A stretch of 47,914 nt of DNA, taken from a virus. Taxonomy: Duplodnaviria > Caudoviricetes. The notes beneath the pieces were generated by a model. The model had not been told where the DNA came from, did not search any database, and saw only the letters and a program-made list of their open reading frames with translations. A program made the position numbers and the translations under genes. Numbering within the stretch: position 1 is the stretch's first letter; every line of letters begins with the position of its first letter. Location of the stretch: positions 1 through 47,914 of IMG/VR virus record IMGVR_UViG_3300023065_000157; one strand, written 5' to 3'. Positions 27,522-36,358 of the stretch are shown in pieces.

Positions 27522-28930
27522 CAGAGCGCGTTCCCCAGGTTGTAGTTGCTATTGCCCATGGCGTTGAATGCGCGCGCGCACCCGTCCACCTGGTCATCGT
27601 TGTTGCCGTTGGGGAACATGCGGAACTCGTCCAGCAGCTTCTCGTTCCACTCGGCCCGGAGCATGCGGACGTTGCCGACGTTGATTTGCGCAGCCAGCGG
27701 AGACGCGCGGGTGACCTTGTCACCCGTCTCGGTGGTGAACTCGAAAGGCACCCCGACCAGCTTCTTGCCCAGGTACGCGGCCTGCGCCTTGCCTGCCTGC
27801 CCCGGATCCTGCGGCAGCGACTGCTTGCAGCGGTCCGCCTTCGCAGTGTTGACCACCAGCTTCTCCACTTCGTCGGGACCACCGCGCTCTCTGACCACGT
27901 TCACGATGTAGACCAGTCCATCCTTGTCGCGCGCCAGCTTCGCACCGGCCGTCCAGTCCCCCGCATCCTTGGTTGCTGCCAGATCCCACCCTCGGAGCAT
28001 GCGCAGGCCTGTCGGCAGCGCATCCACGATCTCGATCCGTCCGGCCTTGATGATCCCGCCGGCGAGCGGCGAGGGCCTTTGCTGGTACTGCCCAGCGAAC
28101 ACATAGGGCATCGCCTCCTGCATGCGCAAGAGATCCGCCACGTCGTGCTTCTCTGGCCAAAGCGCTTCACCCTCGGCCGACAGCGCCTCGAAGCACACAT
28201 GCTCCCAGACCTCACCGTTACCGCCGGCGCATGCGGGCTCTCCAGGCTTCCGGCCAAGCAACCAGCCGGCCAGATCACCCTCATGCAGGCGCTGCATGAT
28301 CACGATGATCGGAGTATCGGCGCTGTTCACGCGCGACTGCAGGGTGTTGTTGAACCAGTCCAGGACACCGCCACGGACCTTGTCGCTGTTCGCCTCATCC
28401 GGCTTGTGCGGGTCATCGATGATGATCGCGCCGCCGAAGCCGGGCCGAGGCTTGCCCGCGCCGAAGCCGGTGACTGTGCCCCCAGCGCCGGTGGCGTACA
28501 CCACCCCGCCCTGCGTAGTACGCCAGTCGCCCTTCGCGCTGCTGTCCTTTCGCAGCTCGACCTCGGGGAAGATCTCCCCGTAGACCTCGTGCTGGACAAC
28601 CTCGCGGGCGTTGGAGCTGTTGTTGAGAGCCAGCGGCGCCGCATAGCTGATGTGGATGAACTCGGAGTCGGGCACCTTGCCCAGACACCACGCGATCCAG
28701 TTCACCACGGCCAGCTCGGTCTTGGAGTACCGAGGCGGCAGGTTGATCACCAGGCGCTTGCACTCGCCGCGGTAGACCCGGTTGAGCGCGTCACACAGCT
28801 CGGCGTGGTGCTTGGCCTTCATCCACGGGAAGTTTTTCTTCCGCAGGAAGGTGTAACGGCTGAAGAAGTAGAAGTCCTCCCGCGCCAGCTCGGCCGCAAC
28901 CAGCTTTTGCTGAGCGCTCAGCTCGCCCAC
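27521..28930 (-). CDS. terL: Terminase large subunit
   Basis: PPRYSKT Walker A, IIIDDPHK Walker B, QRLH, GWDLA and DDQVD motifs. Confidence 0.93.
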   Translation of the reverse strand: MGELSAQQKLVAAELAREDFYFFSRYTFLRKKNFPWMKAKHHAELCDALNRVYRGECKRLVINLPPRYSKTELAVVNWIAWCLGKVPDSEFIHISYAAPLALNNSSNAREVVQHEVYGEIFPEVELRKDSSAKGDWRTTQGGVVYATGAGGTVTGFGAGKPRPGFGGAIIIDDPHKPDEANSDKVRGGVLDWFNNTLQSRVNSADTPIIVIMQRLHEGDLAGWLLGRKPGEPACAGGNGEVWEHVCFEALSAEGEALWPEKHDVADLLRMQEAMPYVFAGQYQQRPSPLAGGIIKAGRIEIVDALPTGLRMLRGWDLAATKDAGDWTAGAKLARDKDGLVYIVNVVRERGGPDEVEKLVVNTAKADRCKQSLPQDPGQAGKAQAAYLGKKLVGVPFEFTTETGDKVTRASPLAAQINVGNVRMLRAEWNEKLLDEFRMFPNGNNDDQVDGCARAFNAMGNSNYNLGNAL

Positions 28931-28931
28931 T

Positions 28932-29405
28932 TCACACCTCCTGCAGCAGCTTCTTCGCCTCCTCTCGGAACTGGCCGGGGGTCATGTCGGCGCTCTGGAT
29001 CGGCCCACCGTTGGGGCCGCTGTGTTCGACTTGCTGGCGGTTCGTGTACGCCCCGCCTGTCTCCTTGGCCGCCTGCTCGATGAGCTGGGCGGCCAAGGCC
29101 ATGTTCTTCATCCCTTCGGCCTTGTTGGCCATCCGGTTCAACGCGCGCAGTCGGACGGCTCGGTTGGCGATGGGAATGTCCGCCGTCTCGGCCTTGAAGC
29201 GCTCCCGGGTGGTGTTGAACAGCTCGACCCAGCGCTGCGCCAGCTTCCGCCCTGCGTGCTTGGTAGGGTCGTGCGATTCCACCGTCTGGCGGCTCACGGC
29301 CTGACCGAACTCAGTCTTGACCGCCTCCACCACCGTGCTGGGCGTGTCGAAGCACGCCAACTGCTGGACGATGAAGGTCTTCACCTGGGCGTCGAGCGCG
29401 GGCAT
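28932..29405 (-). CDS. terS: Terminase small subunit (DUF2280-like)
   Basis: KTFIVQQLACFDTPS, EQAAKE.GG and EHSGPNGGPI motifs; upstream of terL. Confidence 0.8.
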   Translation of the reverse strand: MPALDAQVKTFIVQQLACFDTPSTVVEAVKTEFGQAVSRQTVESHDPTKHAGRKLAQRWVELFNTTRERFKAETADIPIANRAVRLRALNRMANKAEGMKNMALAAQLIEQAAKETGGAYTNRQQVEHSGPNGGPIQSADMTPGQFREEAKKLLQEV

Positions 29406-29436
29406 CTGTATTCAGCCTTGTCGTGCCAGGTCGTGC

Positions 29437-30057
29437 CTACGCCGCCCTCAGCAGGCAGGTGCCACACGACCGGGCGATATCTAGTCTGGCCACCTCAGGC
29501 GGCCGCTGTGCTGCGTCTACGAGCTTCTGGACCTGTTCCCCTGCCCCATACCTGCGAACCACCCCGACGAACTCTTCCACGTCATGGGCTCGCATCGTCA
29601 GGGCGGCGGATCCATCCCTACGGAACTTCGGGGCTCCGTATTGATCGGCCTCTTGGGCAACGTGGTAGAGCTCGTGCTCCACCAGAGCGCAGAACTCCGT
29701 GTCGGTGCAGCTGGAGCAGTAATCGGCGGCCAGGGTGATCACCACCTCAGGTACGCGCCCGAACCAGTCCACCATCTGGCGTTCCATCCGGGCCTTCTGC
29801 CACCCACCCGCCCGGAGAGCCACTATCTCGGCCTGGCCGACAACGGTCCGGCCCTGCTTGGTGAAACAGGTGCCCGCCCAGAGGATGCCCACGTCTGCAC
29901 CCTGTAGGTGCAGGTGATCGGGGTTGTGCAGGTTCCCGTCCTCGGACAGCACCTCGGCTTCGATCCACTCCCATACATCCGGAGCAGGCCGGAACCGCAT
30001 TGCCATGTCCTCCAGATCGATGTCATGTAGGTCGGTCGGGGGCTGAGGCCTGCCCAT
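29437..30057 (-). CDS. Putative phage metallopeptidase
   Basis: HELYH (HExxH) and HDVEEF motifs. Confidence 0.8.
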   Translation of the reverse strand: MGRPQPPTDLHDIDLEDMAMRFRPAPDVWEWIEAEVLSEDGNLHNPDHLHLQGADVGILWAGTCFTKQGRTVVGQAEIVALRAGGWQKARMERQMVDWFGRVPEVVITLAADYCSSCTDTEFCALVEHELYHVAQEADQYGAPKFRRDGSAALTMRAHDVEEFVGVVRRYGAGEQVQKLVDAAQRPPEVARLDIARSCGTCLLRAA

Positions 30058-30059
30058 AG

Positions 30060-30527
30060 CTACTCCTGCCCTTCGTACTCTCGCACTACGGCTTGGCAGG
30101 CGATGACGTGGTCTTGGGCGTCGGTGACGATTTGAAGAGCAGCCCCTGCAACCTCTGGACGTAGTTCGGCTCGCGCATCACGTTCGACGGCGCCGGCGAC
30201 GGCTTGGGACAGGCGGCTGGTCTCGCAGGTGGCGAGGTCGTCGCGCAGCTGGAGACTGCCATCACGCACCCCAGCAACAACAGCAGCAGGGACGGCCTGG
30301 GCCGCAGCGCGATCTTCTTCATGCTTCGCTCCGATGGTGGCCATGGTGTCGGCCTGGGTGTGCTCGGTCGAGCGGGCTTCGTTGACCTGCTCAGCCAATG
30401 CGGCGCTGGTGCCGGCCTGCTGCCGGAACTCTGCGCCCTCGGCACGGTCGCCGCGCCAGGACCAACCAGCCCAGAAGGACAAAACCAATGCCGCGGCGGC
30501 AAGCAACACATAAAGACGGATCATCAC
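30060..30527 (-). CDS. Inner-membrane spanin (Rz-like)
   Basis: N-terminal TM plus coiled coil; follows holin and endolysin. Confidence 0.8.
   Translation of the reverse strand: MMIRLYVLLAAAALVLSFWAGWSWRGDRAEGAEFRQQAGTSAALAEQVNEARSTEHTQADTMATIGAKHEEDRAAAQAVPAAVVAGVRDGSLQLRDDLATCETSRLSQAVAGAVERDARAELRPEVAGAALQIVTDAQDHVIACQAVVREYEGQE
30086..30322 (-). CDS. Outer-membrane spanin lipoprotein (Rz1-like), embedded in Rz
   Basis: MKKIALR...LLLLLLG..AVSSC lipobox and Pro-rich mature part, in an alternative frame inside Rz. Confidence 0.75.
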   Translation of the reverse strand: MKKIALRPRPSLLLLLLGCVMAVSSCATTSPPARPAACPKPSPAPSNVMREPNYVQRLQGLLFKSSPTPKTTSSPAKP

Positions 30528-30841
30528 GGCATCTCCGGCGGGATCACGGCGCCGACTTGGCGCATGGCCGATTCCAACGACATGACTCGCAGTCTGAGTC
30601 GGTGGGCCTCTTCCTGCGCAGTCATGCGCAATTTGATTTCCTCGGCCAGCTGCAGCGTGGTCGCCGCCTGGGATTCCTCCAGCGACTTCACGCGCTGTAC
30701 CAGGCCGTTCAACAGGTCAACGTTGGCATCCGTCTCGGTGCGTTCCTTGCGCCGGGAGAGCAGCGCCCCCCACGTTTCCCTTGCCACCCAGAACGCGGCG
30801 ACACCGCCCGCCATCCACCATGGCACCGTTTCCTCGGTCAT
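30524..30841 (-). CDS. Putative holin / lysis membrane protein
   Basis: One N-terminal hydrophobic segment plus coiled coil; between endolysin and spanin. Confidence 0.55.
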   Translation of the reverse strand: MTEETVPWWMAGGVAAFWVARETWGALLSRRKERTETDANVDLLNGLVQRVKSLEESQAATTLQLAEEIKLRMTAQEEAHRLRLRVMSLESAMRQVGAVIPPEMP

Positions 30842-31326
30842 GACACGAGCACGCCGCCGGCCTTCCGGTAGGCGGCAAGTAGGTCATCGAGCTTGCGCTC
30901 ATGTTGACCGTAGCCGGCGCCCGGGAGGCTGGCCCAGATGTTGCGGACGAAGCTGATCGCCTTGACCACCTGACCGGCCTTGATCAGCTCCAGTGCACGG
31001 CGTTCCTTGATCTGCTGAATAGCGATCAGGTCCTGACTGAGGGGCGAGAAGTCTTTGAGCCCGAGAAGTCGGCGATATGCATCGAAGTAGCGCGACAGCA
31101 GCTGGTAGCGACCGGCGGCCGTCGACTTGATGCCTAGCCGGGGAAGCGAAACCAGCTCGCGCGGGTGGTCGGCATAGCCGGTGAACAGCATGCCTCCCAC
31201 GATCACGTCATATCCGTGGTCCTTGGTGGGCTGCTTACCGTTGTCGGTGCCCTCGGACCAAGCGAGCATGTCCAGGAACGCCACGACGTTCACGCCGCCT
31301 GCTTGTTGGGGGGTGATCCTTGCCAT
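30838..31326 (-). CDS. Endolysin, lambda R-like transglycosylase
   Basis: AFLDMLAWSEGT, STAAGRYQ and WASLPGAGYGQ motifs. Confidence 0.93.
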   Translation of the reverse strand: MARITPQQAGGVNVVAFLDMLAWSEGTDNGKQPTKDHGYDVIVGGMLFTGYADHPRELVSLPRLGIKSTAAGRYQLLSRYFDAYRRLLGLKDFSPLSQDLIAIQQIKERRALELIKAGQVVKAISFVRNIWASLPGAGYGQHERKLDDLLAAYRKAGGVLVS

Positions 31327-31469
31327 GGTGTGTCCTAAGAGGGGTGCCCGCTCCGCTGCCGGCCTGGCTCGAGGGTTGATGCGATCTGGGAATTGGGCGT
31401 GAGATTTTGCGAGCGACTAATTTCACCCGCAGCTGATAGTCAGGTTGCACCCCTTGACGAGACACAACC

Positions 31470-31670
31470 ATGAAAAATATAAGCAGAATGAAGATCACGG
31501 GAGTCGGAAGGATCGATCCTGCACCCGGTAATTGCTTCATCTTCGGTGTGGACACCGAAGATGATGGCTTCCTACGTGGCCCATTTAAGACTCTCCACGA
31601 GGCCGAAGTGGATCACGAAATATTCCGTGAGGCCGCAGCGGCGTACACAGCGGGCAAGATACGCCGCTAG
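31470..31670 (+). CDS. Small antisense moron protein
   Basis: 66 aa, lower GC, followed by a bidirectional terminator. Confidence 0.55.
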   Translation: MKNISRMKITGVGRIDPAPGNCFIFGVDTEDDGFLRGPFKTLHEAEVDHEIFREAAAAYTAGKIRR

Positions 31671-31685
31671 TCTGTGACTTGTACC

Positions 31686-31713
31686 AAAAAGCCCCGCCTT
31701 CGGGCGGGGCTTT
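31686..31713. terminator. Bidirectional terminator (candidate tR')
   Basis: AAAAA-GCCCCGCC-TTCG-GGCGGGGC-TTT between Q and the lysis genes. Confidence 0.8.
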
Positions 31714-31755
31714 GGCCAAGTTTTTGGCCGGCGGCCAAGTCTCGCGATGTTGTGG

Positions 31756-31785
31756 ATTCTGCCCGCCGATTCGTGGAGTCATCAA
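31756..31785 (-). promoter_or_regulatory. Candidate late promoter pR'
   Basis: TTGATG-18 nt-CAGAAT just downstream of Q and upstream of the terminator. Confidence 0.35.
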
Positions 31786-31802
31786 CTCCACATTCACGAG
31801 AC

Positions 31803-32516
31803 CTATGCAGCGCGAGGCTCTTCACCCCAGTCCCGATTGCTTAATGCGCGGGAGAGGTGCTTTGCGGCACGCTCACTGGACTGGTGAAGCTCGCCCAGCA
31901 GCCATTCGAAGACGCCCTTCCATCTCTTCGGATAGTCCGAAGGGTCACAGCCCATTGCCAGCGCTCGACGTCGGTCCGGCGTCGGCTCGATTCCGGTGCA
32001 CCTGCAATCCTTGCAGCCCATGTCGTTGACGATTCCGGCGCCGATGCATGTCGGGCACCGGTTGCCGCTGGCCAGCTCCAGCACCACCGCGTCGACCATG
32101 CGGGAGAGGTGCTGATAGGTGTTCTTCGGCCAGGCCTGCGCGCGTGCCCGCTCCACCGCGGCCTCCCGCTCTTTCAAGATACGTCGCTGCGCGTCGGACG
32201 GCCTGCGGCGGCTGAGGCTGACCATCTCCTTCGAGAAGTTCAGATCATCCTCGGCCTCTGCCAGCGCCCGCGCGCGGCGGGTGAAGTCAGGGCGCACGAT
32301 TGCGAGCACGGCCTCGGCCAGCTTGCCGCGGTGCCGGATGGCACCGTCAGGCAAATACACCGCTTCCATTACTTCCCGGCCGAGGCCGGCCGGCACCATC
32401 CCCAGCGCTGCGGCGATATCGGACGTGGTCAGGCTGGGAGCGCCTCCACCCTGCCCTACGTCGAAGCGCACGGTCTGCGCGTTCAGTCGGGCCAGCATCT
32501 CGCGGCGGTCAACCAT
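31803..32516 (-). CDS. Late antiterminator Q-like protein
   Basis: LTTSDIAAALGM, CPTC.G.G / CKDCRCTG zinc motif; directly upstream of the lysis genes. Confidence 0.8.
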   Translation of the reverse strand: MVDRREMLARLNAQTVRFDVGQGGGAPSLTTSDIAAALGMVPAGLGREVMEAVYLPDGAIRHRGKLAEAVLAIVRPDFTRRARALAEAEDDLNFSKEMVSLSRRRPSDAQRRILKEREAAVERARAQAWPKNTYQHLSRMVDAVVLELASGNRCPTCIGAGIVNDMGCKDCRCTGIEPTPDRRRALAMGCDPSDYPKRWKGVFEWLLGELHQSSERAAKHLSRALSNRDWGEEPRAA

Positions 32517-32745
32517 TTGTGTTCTCTCCTGGGGTGGTGCTGGTGGTAGAAATGCCGCGCGCGCTCGCCAGTGCGGCGCGCCATCGGTAGGCGGTGGCTC
32601 TGTGCATCCCGAAGTCGCCCTGCAGCTCTATGACGCTGGGCAGACGACTCCGGTACTTGTCAGCGATCCGGCAGGCGACAACGAGGGTCACGATCGCCGT
32701 CCCGCGCGGCCCGCCAACTTGCTCGGTGTAGGGATTGGCCGTCAC
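32509..32745 (-). CDS. Small HTH protein
   Basis: GMHRATAYRW HTH-like segment; GTG 32745 coupled to the rusA stop. Confidence 0.6.
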   Translation of the reverse strand: MTANPYTEQVGGPRGTAIVTLVVACRIADKYRSRLPSVIELQGDFGMHRATAYRWRAALASARGISTTSTTPGENTNG

Positions 32746-33182
32746 GCGCCGATCCTCTCGATCTCGATCACGCACCCGGGCGCGTCGAGGGCATCTGCGC
32801 CCTCCCCCGGGTAGCGCTTGGCAGCGCGGCATTCCACGACCCGGGCGTCATCCCGCCAGATCCCGGCGTCGGTCAGCGCGTCCTCCGTCGACCGGACCAG
32901 CTTGGAGAGGTCTGGCAGCTTGCAGGGGAAGACCCTACGGCGCTTCGGGGCACTGAGCGGCTTGTGGAGGGTGAACGTCATGCGGACCACGAGGGGCTCA
33001 TCAAGCATCTGAAGCCCCAGCTGGGCGCGGAGCTGCTGGGCCGCCAGCTTCACGTCCTGCCGCCATGGCCGGACCTTCTTGGACGACTCAGTGAGGATGG
33101 CCCGGCCGCTCTTGGCCAGGCCCTTGAACGACTTACTGCCCTGCGGCGCCGGCGAGCCATAGACCACGATCCGGATGATCAT
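32742..33182 (-). CDS. rusA: RusA-family Holliday junction resolvase
   Basis: PAPQGSK and PDLSKLVRSTEDALT...WRDDARVV motifs. Confidence 0.88.
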   Translation of the reverse strand: MIIRIVVYGSPAPQGSKSFKGLAKSGRAILTESSKKVRPWRQDVKLAAQQLRAQLGLQMLDEPLVVRMTFTLHKPLSAPKRRRVFPCKLPDLSKLVRSTEDALTDAGIWRDDARVVECRAAKRYPGEGADALDAPGCVIEIERIGA

Positions 33183-33487
33183 GCGGCCACCTGGATCAGG
33201 CCCAACTGCCACAGAGCCAGCATGGTGCGCTCGTACCCGCGCAGCCAGATCTCGGCCTTCTCCTCGCGGGTGAAGCGCCTTCCCTGGTCCAGCTCGCGGT
33301 GGCAAGGCCTGCAGCCCGCTGCCACGAAGCAGTCGTGCGCCTTCAGTCCGCCGCCCTTGCCGTGCCTACTCTGGTTGCTATGCGCGGGCTCGCCGAAGCC
33401 CCCCTCACAGCAGCCGTCGATCTGCAGGGTGCACTCGACCTGGTACACGGCGTCCAGCAGTGCGCGGTCGCGGTAGTTGCCGTGCAT
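33179..33487 (-). CDS. DUF1364/YbcO-like nin-region zinc protein
   Basis: C...C, AHSN, GKG.GLK..D and CRPCH motifs. Confidence 0.7.
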   Translation of the reverse strand: MHGNYRDRALLDAVYQVECTLQIDGCCEGGFGEPAHSNQSRHGKGGGLKAHDCFVAAGCRPCHRELDQGRRFTREEKAEIWLRGYERTMLALWQLGLIQVAA

Positions 33488-34167
33488 CAGACCATACCCC
33501 CGCATACAATCGCGCCATTCAGCACAGGGGATGTGGCATGGCGGATCCAATCAATTACTGCAGCTGGCTCGTCAAGAGCTTCTGCGTGACGCAAAGCGAG
33601 TGGGCATCTTGGACGCAAGCCGGCGGCAGCATAGTGGCGCTCGGTATCGCTATCGTCGTACCCGTGGTGCTTCATGCACGCGAACAAGTCTCTCAGCGCA
33701 AGCGATCGGAGCAAGATCGGCTTGAGCGTGAGCGACTGGCAAGAATTCACGCAAAAGCTGCTGCGTCGTCCGTGCTCCCATTCGCAAGGAGCTTTCTCGG
33801 GGGGCTGCAATCCGTAATGTCTCAGATGACCGACGGAGACATCGAGGAGTACAACGACATCGAGGACGTTCGTCTCAATCAGAAGCTGGAAGAGTTTAGA
33901 GCGCTCTCCCTCCAGCTCGCGACGATGGGAGACGTAGGGGAGCTGGCTATGGATGCGATTGCGTCCACCGAGCTGTTCCTTCGATCTCTGGGTGATTGGC
34001 AGTTCTACGAGCGATACACCAACGATGGGGTAATTGAAGACGCTGCCCGTGGCTACCATGAAGTGTTTGACAAGCCTCCGGAACTGATGCCGATCTTGCG
34101 CGCCGCGATAGCTCGCACTAACGCTTTCCTTGGGCGTGCCGACGCAATGTTCGACTGATCTCGTCAT
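33487..34167 (-). other. Sense-strand bridging ORF over the moron (coding status unknown)
   Basis: ATGA overlap with the ninB stop and TGATG overlap with the next gene. Confidence 0.4.
33538..34158 (+). CDS. Antisense moron, membrane-anchored protein
   Basis: WASWTQAGGSIVALGIAIVVP TM followed by a helical domain; GGGGA RBS; lower GC. Confidence 0.75.
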   Translation: MADPINYCSWLVKSFCVTQSEWASWTQAGGSIVALGIAIVVPVVLHAREQVSQRKRSEQDRLERERLARIHAKAAASSVLPFARSFLGGLQSVMSQMTDGDIEEYNDIEDVRLNQKLEEFRALSLQLATMGDVGELAMDAIASTELFLRSLGDWQFYERYTNDGVIEDAARGYHEVFDKPPELMPILRAAIARTNAFLGRADAMFD

Positions 34168-34568
34168 GCGGCCTCCACGAAGTCGCGAGGGTTATGGCCC
34201 AACCCTAATAGCACTGTGTCCGACCAACGCACCGGCCGTGCGTGCAGGCCCTGCTCTTCTGGGTGGTCGCCAATCTGCACCAGGACGGTGATGGCGTCGC
34301 AGGCCAGCGACTTGGTCAGCTTCAGACTGGATCCGCCGAGCATGATGTGACCGGGCGCGCCCTGCCCCCGGTCGATCGCCGGCATCAGGCGCCAGCCCAG
34401 CATCGTGCCGGCCACCATGTGGCGCCAGTCGTCCTTGGTCAGGCGCTGCCCGTGCCAGGAGAGCCCGGCGGCCAGGTCGCCGCATATGGCGTTGAGCATG
34501 CGCTGCTGCTTGGGGGTCATCATCCCCTCGCCGCGCTCCTGCCAATCGGAAGGCTTGAGCGAGATCAT
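34164..34568 (-). CDS. ninB: NinB-like recombination protein
   Basis: Q.RMLNAICGDLA..LSWHGQRLTKDDWRH motif. Confidence 0.75.
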   Translation of the reverse strand: MISLKPSDWQERGEGMMTPKQQRMLNAICGDLAAGLSWHGQRLTKDDWRHMVAGTMLGWRLMPAIDRGQGAPGHIMLGGSSLKLTKSLACDAITVLVQIGDHPEEQGLHARPVRWSDTVLLGLGHNPRDFVEAA

Positions 34569-34756
34569 GCCGCGACTCCCAGTTTCATCTCGTAGTCCCG
34601 CTGATCCCAGCCGGCCTCCCATTCCTTGCGCTGCAGCCGACCGGACTCTCCCATCTCGAACAGCGGCACTGCGCTGCGCGGCTTGTGGGCCTCGCGCATG
34701 TAGCGCCCGGCCTGACGCGCCCGGCACAGCAGTTCCTGGTCGACCTTAGGCTGCAT
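34565..34756 (-). CDS. Small protein, Rmf/CrpP-like pattern
   Basis: ARQAGR....P......RKEWEAGW. Confidence 0.55.
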   Translation of the reverse strand: MQPKVDQELLCRARQAGRYMREAHKPRSAVPLFEMGESGRLQRKEWEAGWDQRDYEMKLGVAA

Positions 34757-35414
34757 GGCGCACCTCCGTTGTCTCTTCGACGGCGGCGGCCGGCTCGTCC
34801 GCGGCGACCGCCACGTTGAGCTCGCGCGCGATGTCGTCCATGTGCTTGGCGACCTGCTCGCGCGTCGCCGGCACTGCCTCGCGCAACTGGTGCTCGATCT
34901 CGGCCACCGGTGCCGCCGGCAGCTCGCCGCCGCGCATCACGAATTCCTTTGCCCGGTTGTAGGCCGCCAGCAGCAGCTTGTCGGCCTTCTCGGCGCTCGC
35001 CAGCCGATAGCGGTGGCCGTCCAGGTACTGCCACACCAGCCGGGTGAAGCCGTCCTGCTGGCCCGCATCGGCGCGCACAGCGTCGAACGGCGGGATGCCC
35101 AAGCACATCATCCGGAACTGAGGCAGCGTCGGCGGCCACGGTTCTGCGGTCGCGATGCAGGCCGCCAGCCCGTCAGCGAGCTGCCGACCCGACAACCCGG
35201 AAAGACCCTTCGACCACGTCGCCGCCGCCGCGCCCGCCGGATTCGCCGTGTAGGCGCTGGTCCACTTGTGACCGTAGATCTGAGCCATGTGTTTCCACAG
35301 CTGATCCATGGCGTTCTGCGATTGCAGGCGCGGCGTCGATGACGTTTCCGCCCTGCTGTCGGGCGAGGATGAACTGCTCAACTTCGTCGGCAGGTGCGAG
35401 GCGACGTGGTCCAT
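34746..35414 (-). CDS. Replication protein P-like (helicase loader)
   Basis: W..MAQIYG.KW and WPPTLPQFR..C motifs; start at 35414 or 35309. Confidence 0.65.
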   Translation of the reverse strand: MDHVASHLPTKLSSSSSPDSRAETSSTPRLQSQNAMDQLWKHMAQIYGHKWTSAYTANPAGAAAATWSKGLSGLSGRQLADGLAACIATAEPWPPTLPQFRMMCLGIPPFDAVRADAGQQDGFTRLVWQYLDGHRYRLASAEKADKLLLAAYNRAKEFVMRGGELPAAPVAEIEHQLREAVPATREQVAKHMDDIARELNVAVAADEPAAAVEETTEVRHAA

Positions 35415-36357
35415 GATGGGTTCCGGTGTTTTGCGGGGGTTGCTTGGGGCCTTCGGCATGGCGGGCCCGGGCGGTGGTGATCGCCCAGGCAAAGGGCTTG
35501 GCAACCGGTGGAGCACGGCTCAGGCCCTCGGTGACGGTGTCTGCGTAGGCCTCAGGCGTCACACCCTCCGCCAGCCCAGCAAGCAGGTCCGGGTGGCTCG
35601 GGTTGGTCGTTGGACATCCGGCCTGGCGCATCAGCAGGCATGCACGCCCCGCCAACGTCGCGACCTCAGAGATCTCTAGTGCTTGCTGAGGTATATCTGG
35701 AGTAGTTATCCCTGTCCCTGTCCCTGTCCCTGTCTTAGCCGTGACACGTCCGTGACCTGTCCCTGTGACAGGTGGTGTGACGGGTGGTGTGACAGGACAT
35801 GTATCTGACGGGTCACCATCGGGATCTTCGGATTGCGGCTTCCCGGGCATCGCTACCCGCAGGCCATGGCGTTCAAGCAGCGCCCGCAGGTCACTCGTTC
35901 CGACGTTCCATTTCGGTGGTGCCACCCCAATAGAGCGTAAGGCTTCGAATGCGAGGGAACGCCATTCCCTCTCCCGCCGCTTCCGCTCGTTGTCGTGATC
36001 CTTTCCCGCCCGATATTCCCTGCGCTCTGCCCAAGCCTCGATTGCCTTCTCGGCTACCACCGGGTGATACCAGCGCCCATCACTACACAACACGAAACCG
36101 CGCATGGCGCCAGCTTTCACCGACTGCCAGCCGCGCACGTCCCGGCCAAAGCCCGCATATGCGGCCAAAGCCTGATCGTTGTCAGGCAGACTCGCCGCCG
36201 GCAGCTGGTTCCAGGCTGCGCACCACAGGAGCACGGCAGCACGGAACTCATCGCCGGTGGCCATGATCGCCAGCTCGCTGTCGCGCAATCGCGCCACATC
36301 GAGGGGCATGAACGGCATGCCACGAAGGTCAACCTCAGAGGAAACAAGAGGATTCAT
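35173..36357 (-). CDS. Replication initiator (DUF1376/YdaU-like, O analogue)
   Basis: FMPLDVARLRDS, SLPDND..LA and CSDGRWYHPVVAE motifs; internal repeats. Confidence 0.8.
   Translation of the reverse strand: MNPLVSSEVDLRGMPFMPLDVARLRDSELAIMATGDEFRAAVLLWCAAWNQLPAASLPDNDQALAAYAGFGRDVRGWQSVKAGAMRGFVLCSDGRWYHPVVAEKAIEAWAERREYRAGKDHDNERKRREREWRSLAFEALRSIGVAPPKWNVGTSDLRALLERHGLRVAMPGKPQSEDPDGDPSDTCPVTPPVTPPVTGTGHGRVTAKTGTGTGTGITTPDIPQQALEISEVATLAGRACLLMRQAGCPTTNPSHPDLLAGLAEGVTPEAYADTVTEGLSRAPPVAKPFAWAITTARARHAEGPKQPPQNTGTHHGPRRLAPADEVEQFILARQQGGNVIDAAPAIAERHGSAVETHGSDLRSQVDQRLHGESGGRGGGDVVEGSFRVVGSAAR
35709..35816. repeat. Iteron-like repeats, candidate replication origin
   Basis: GTGAC at 35741, 35752, 35765, 35777 and 35789; (TCCCTG)x4 at 35709-35734; inside the initiator gene. 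Confidence 0.65.
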
Positions 36358-36358
36358 G

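Noticed and set aside
31330-31470. Possible tRNA in the late leader
   Set aside because: No cloverleaf or T-loop consensus found by eye on either strand.
35709-35816. Short repeats as a CRISPR array
   Set aside because: Units are 5-13 bp, have no unique spacers, lie inside a CDS, and no cas genes are present.
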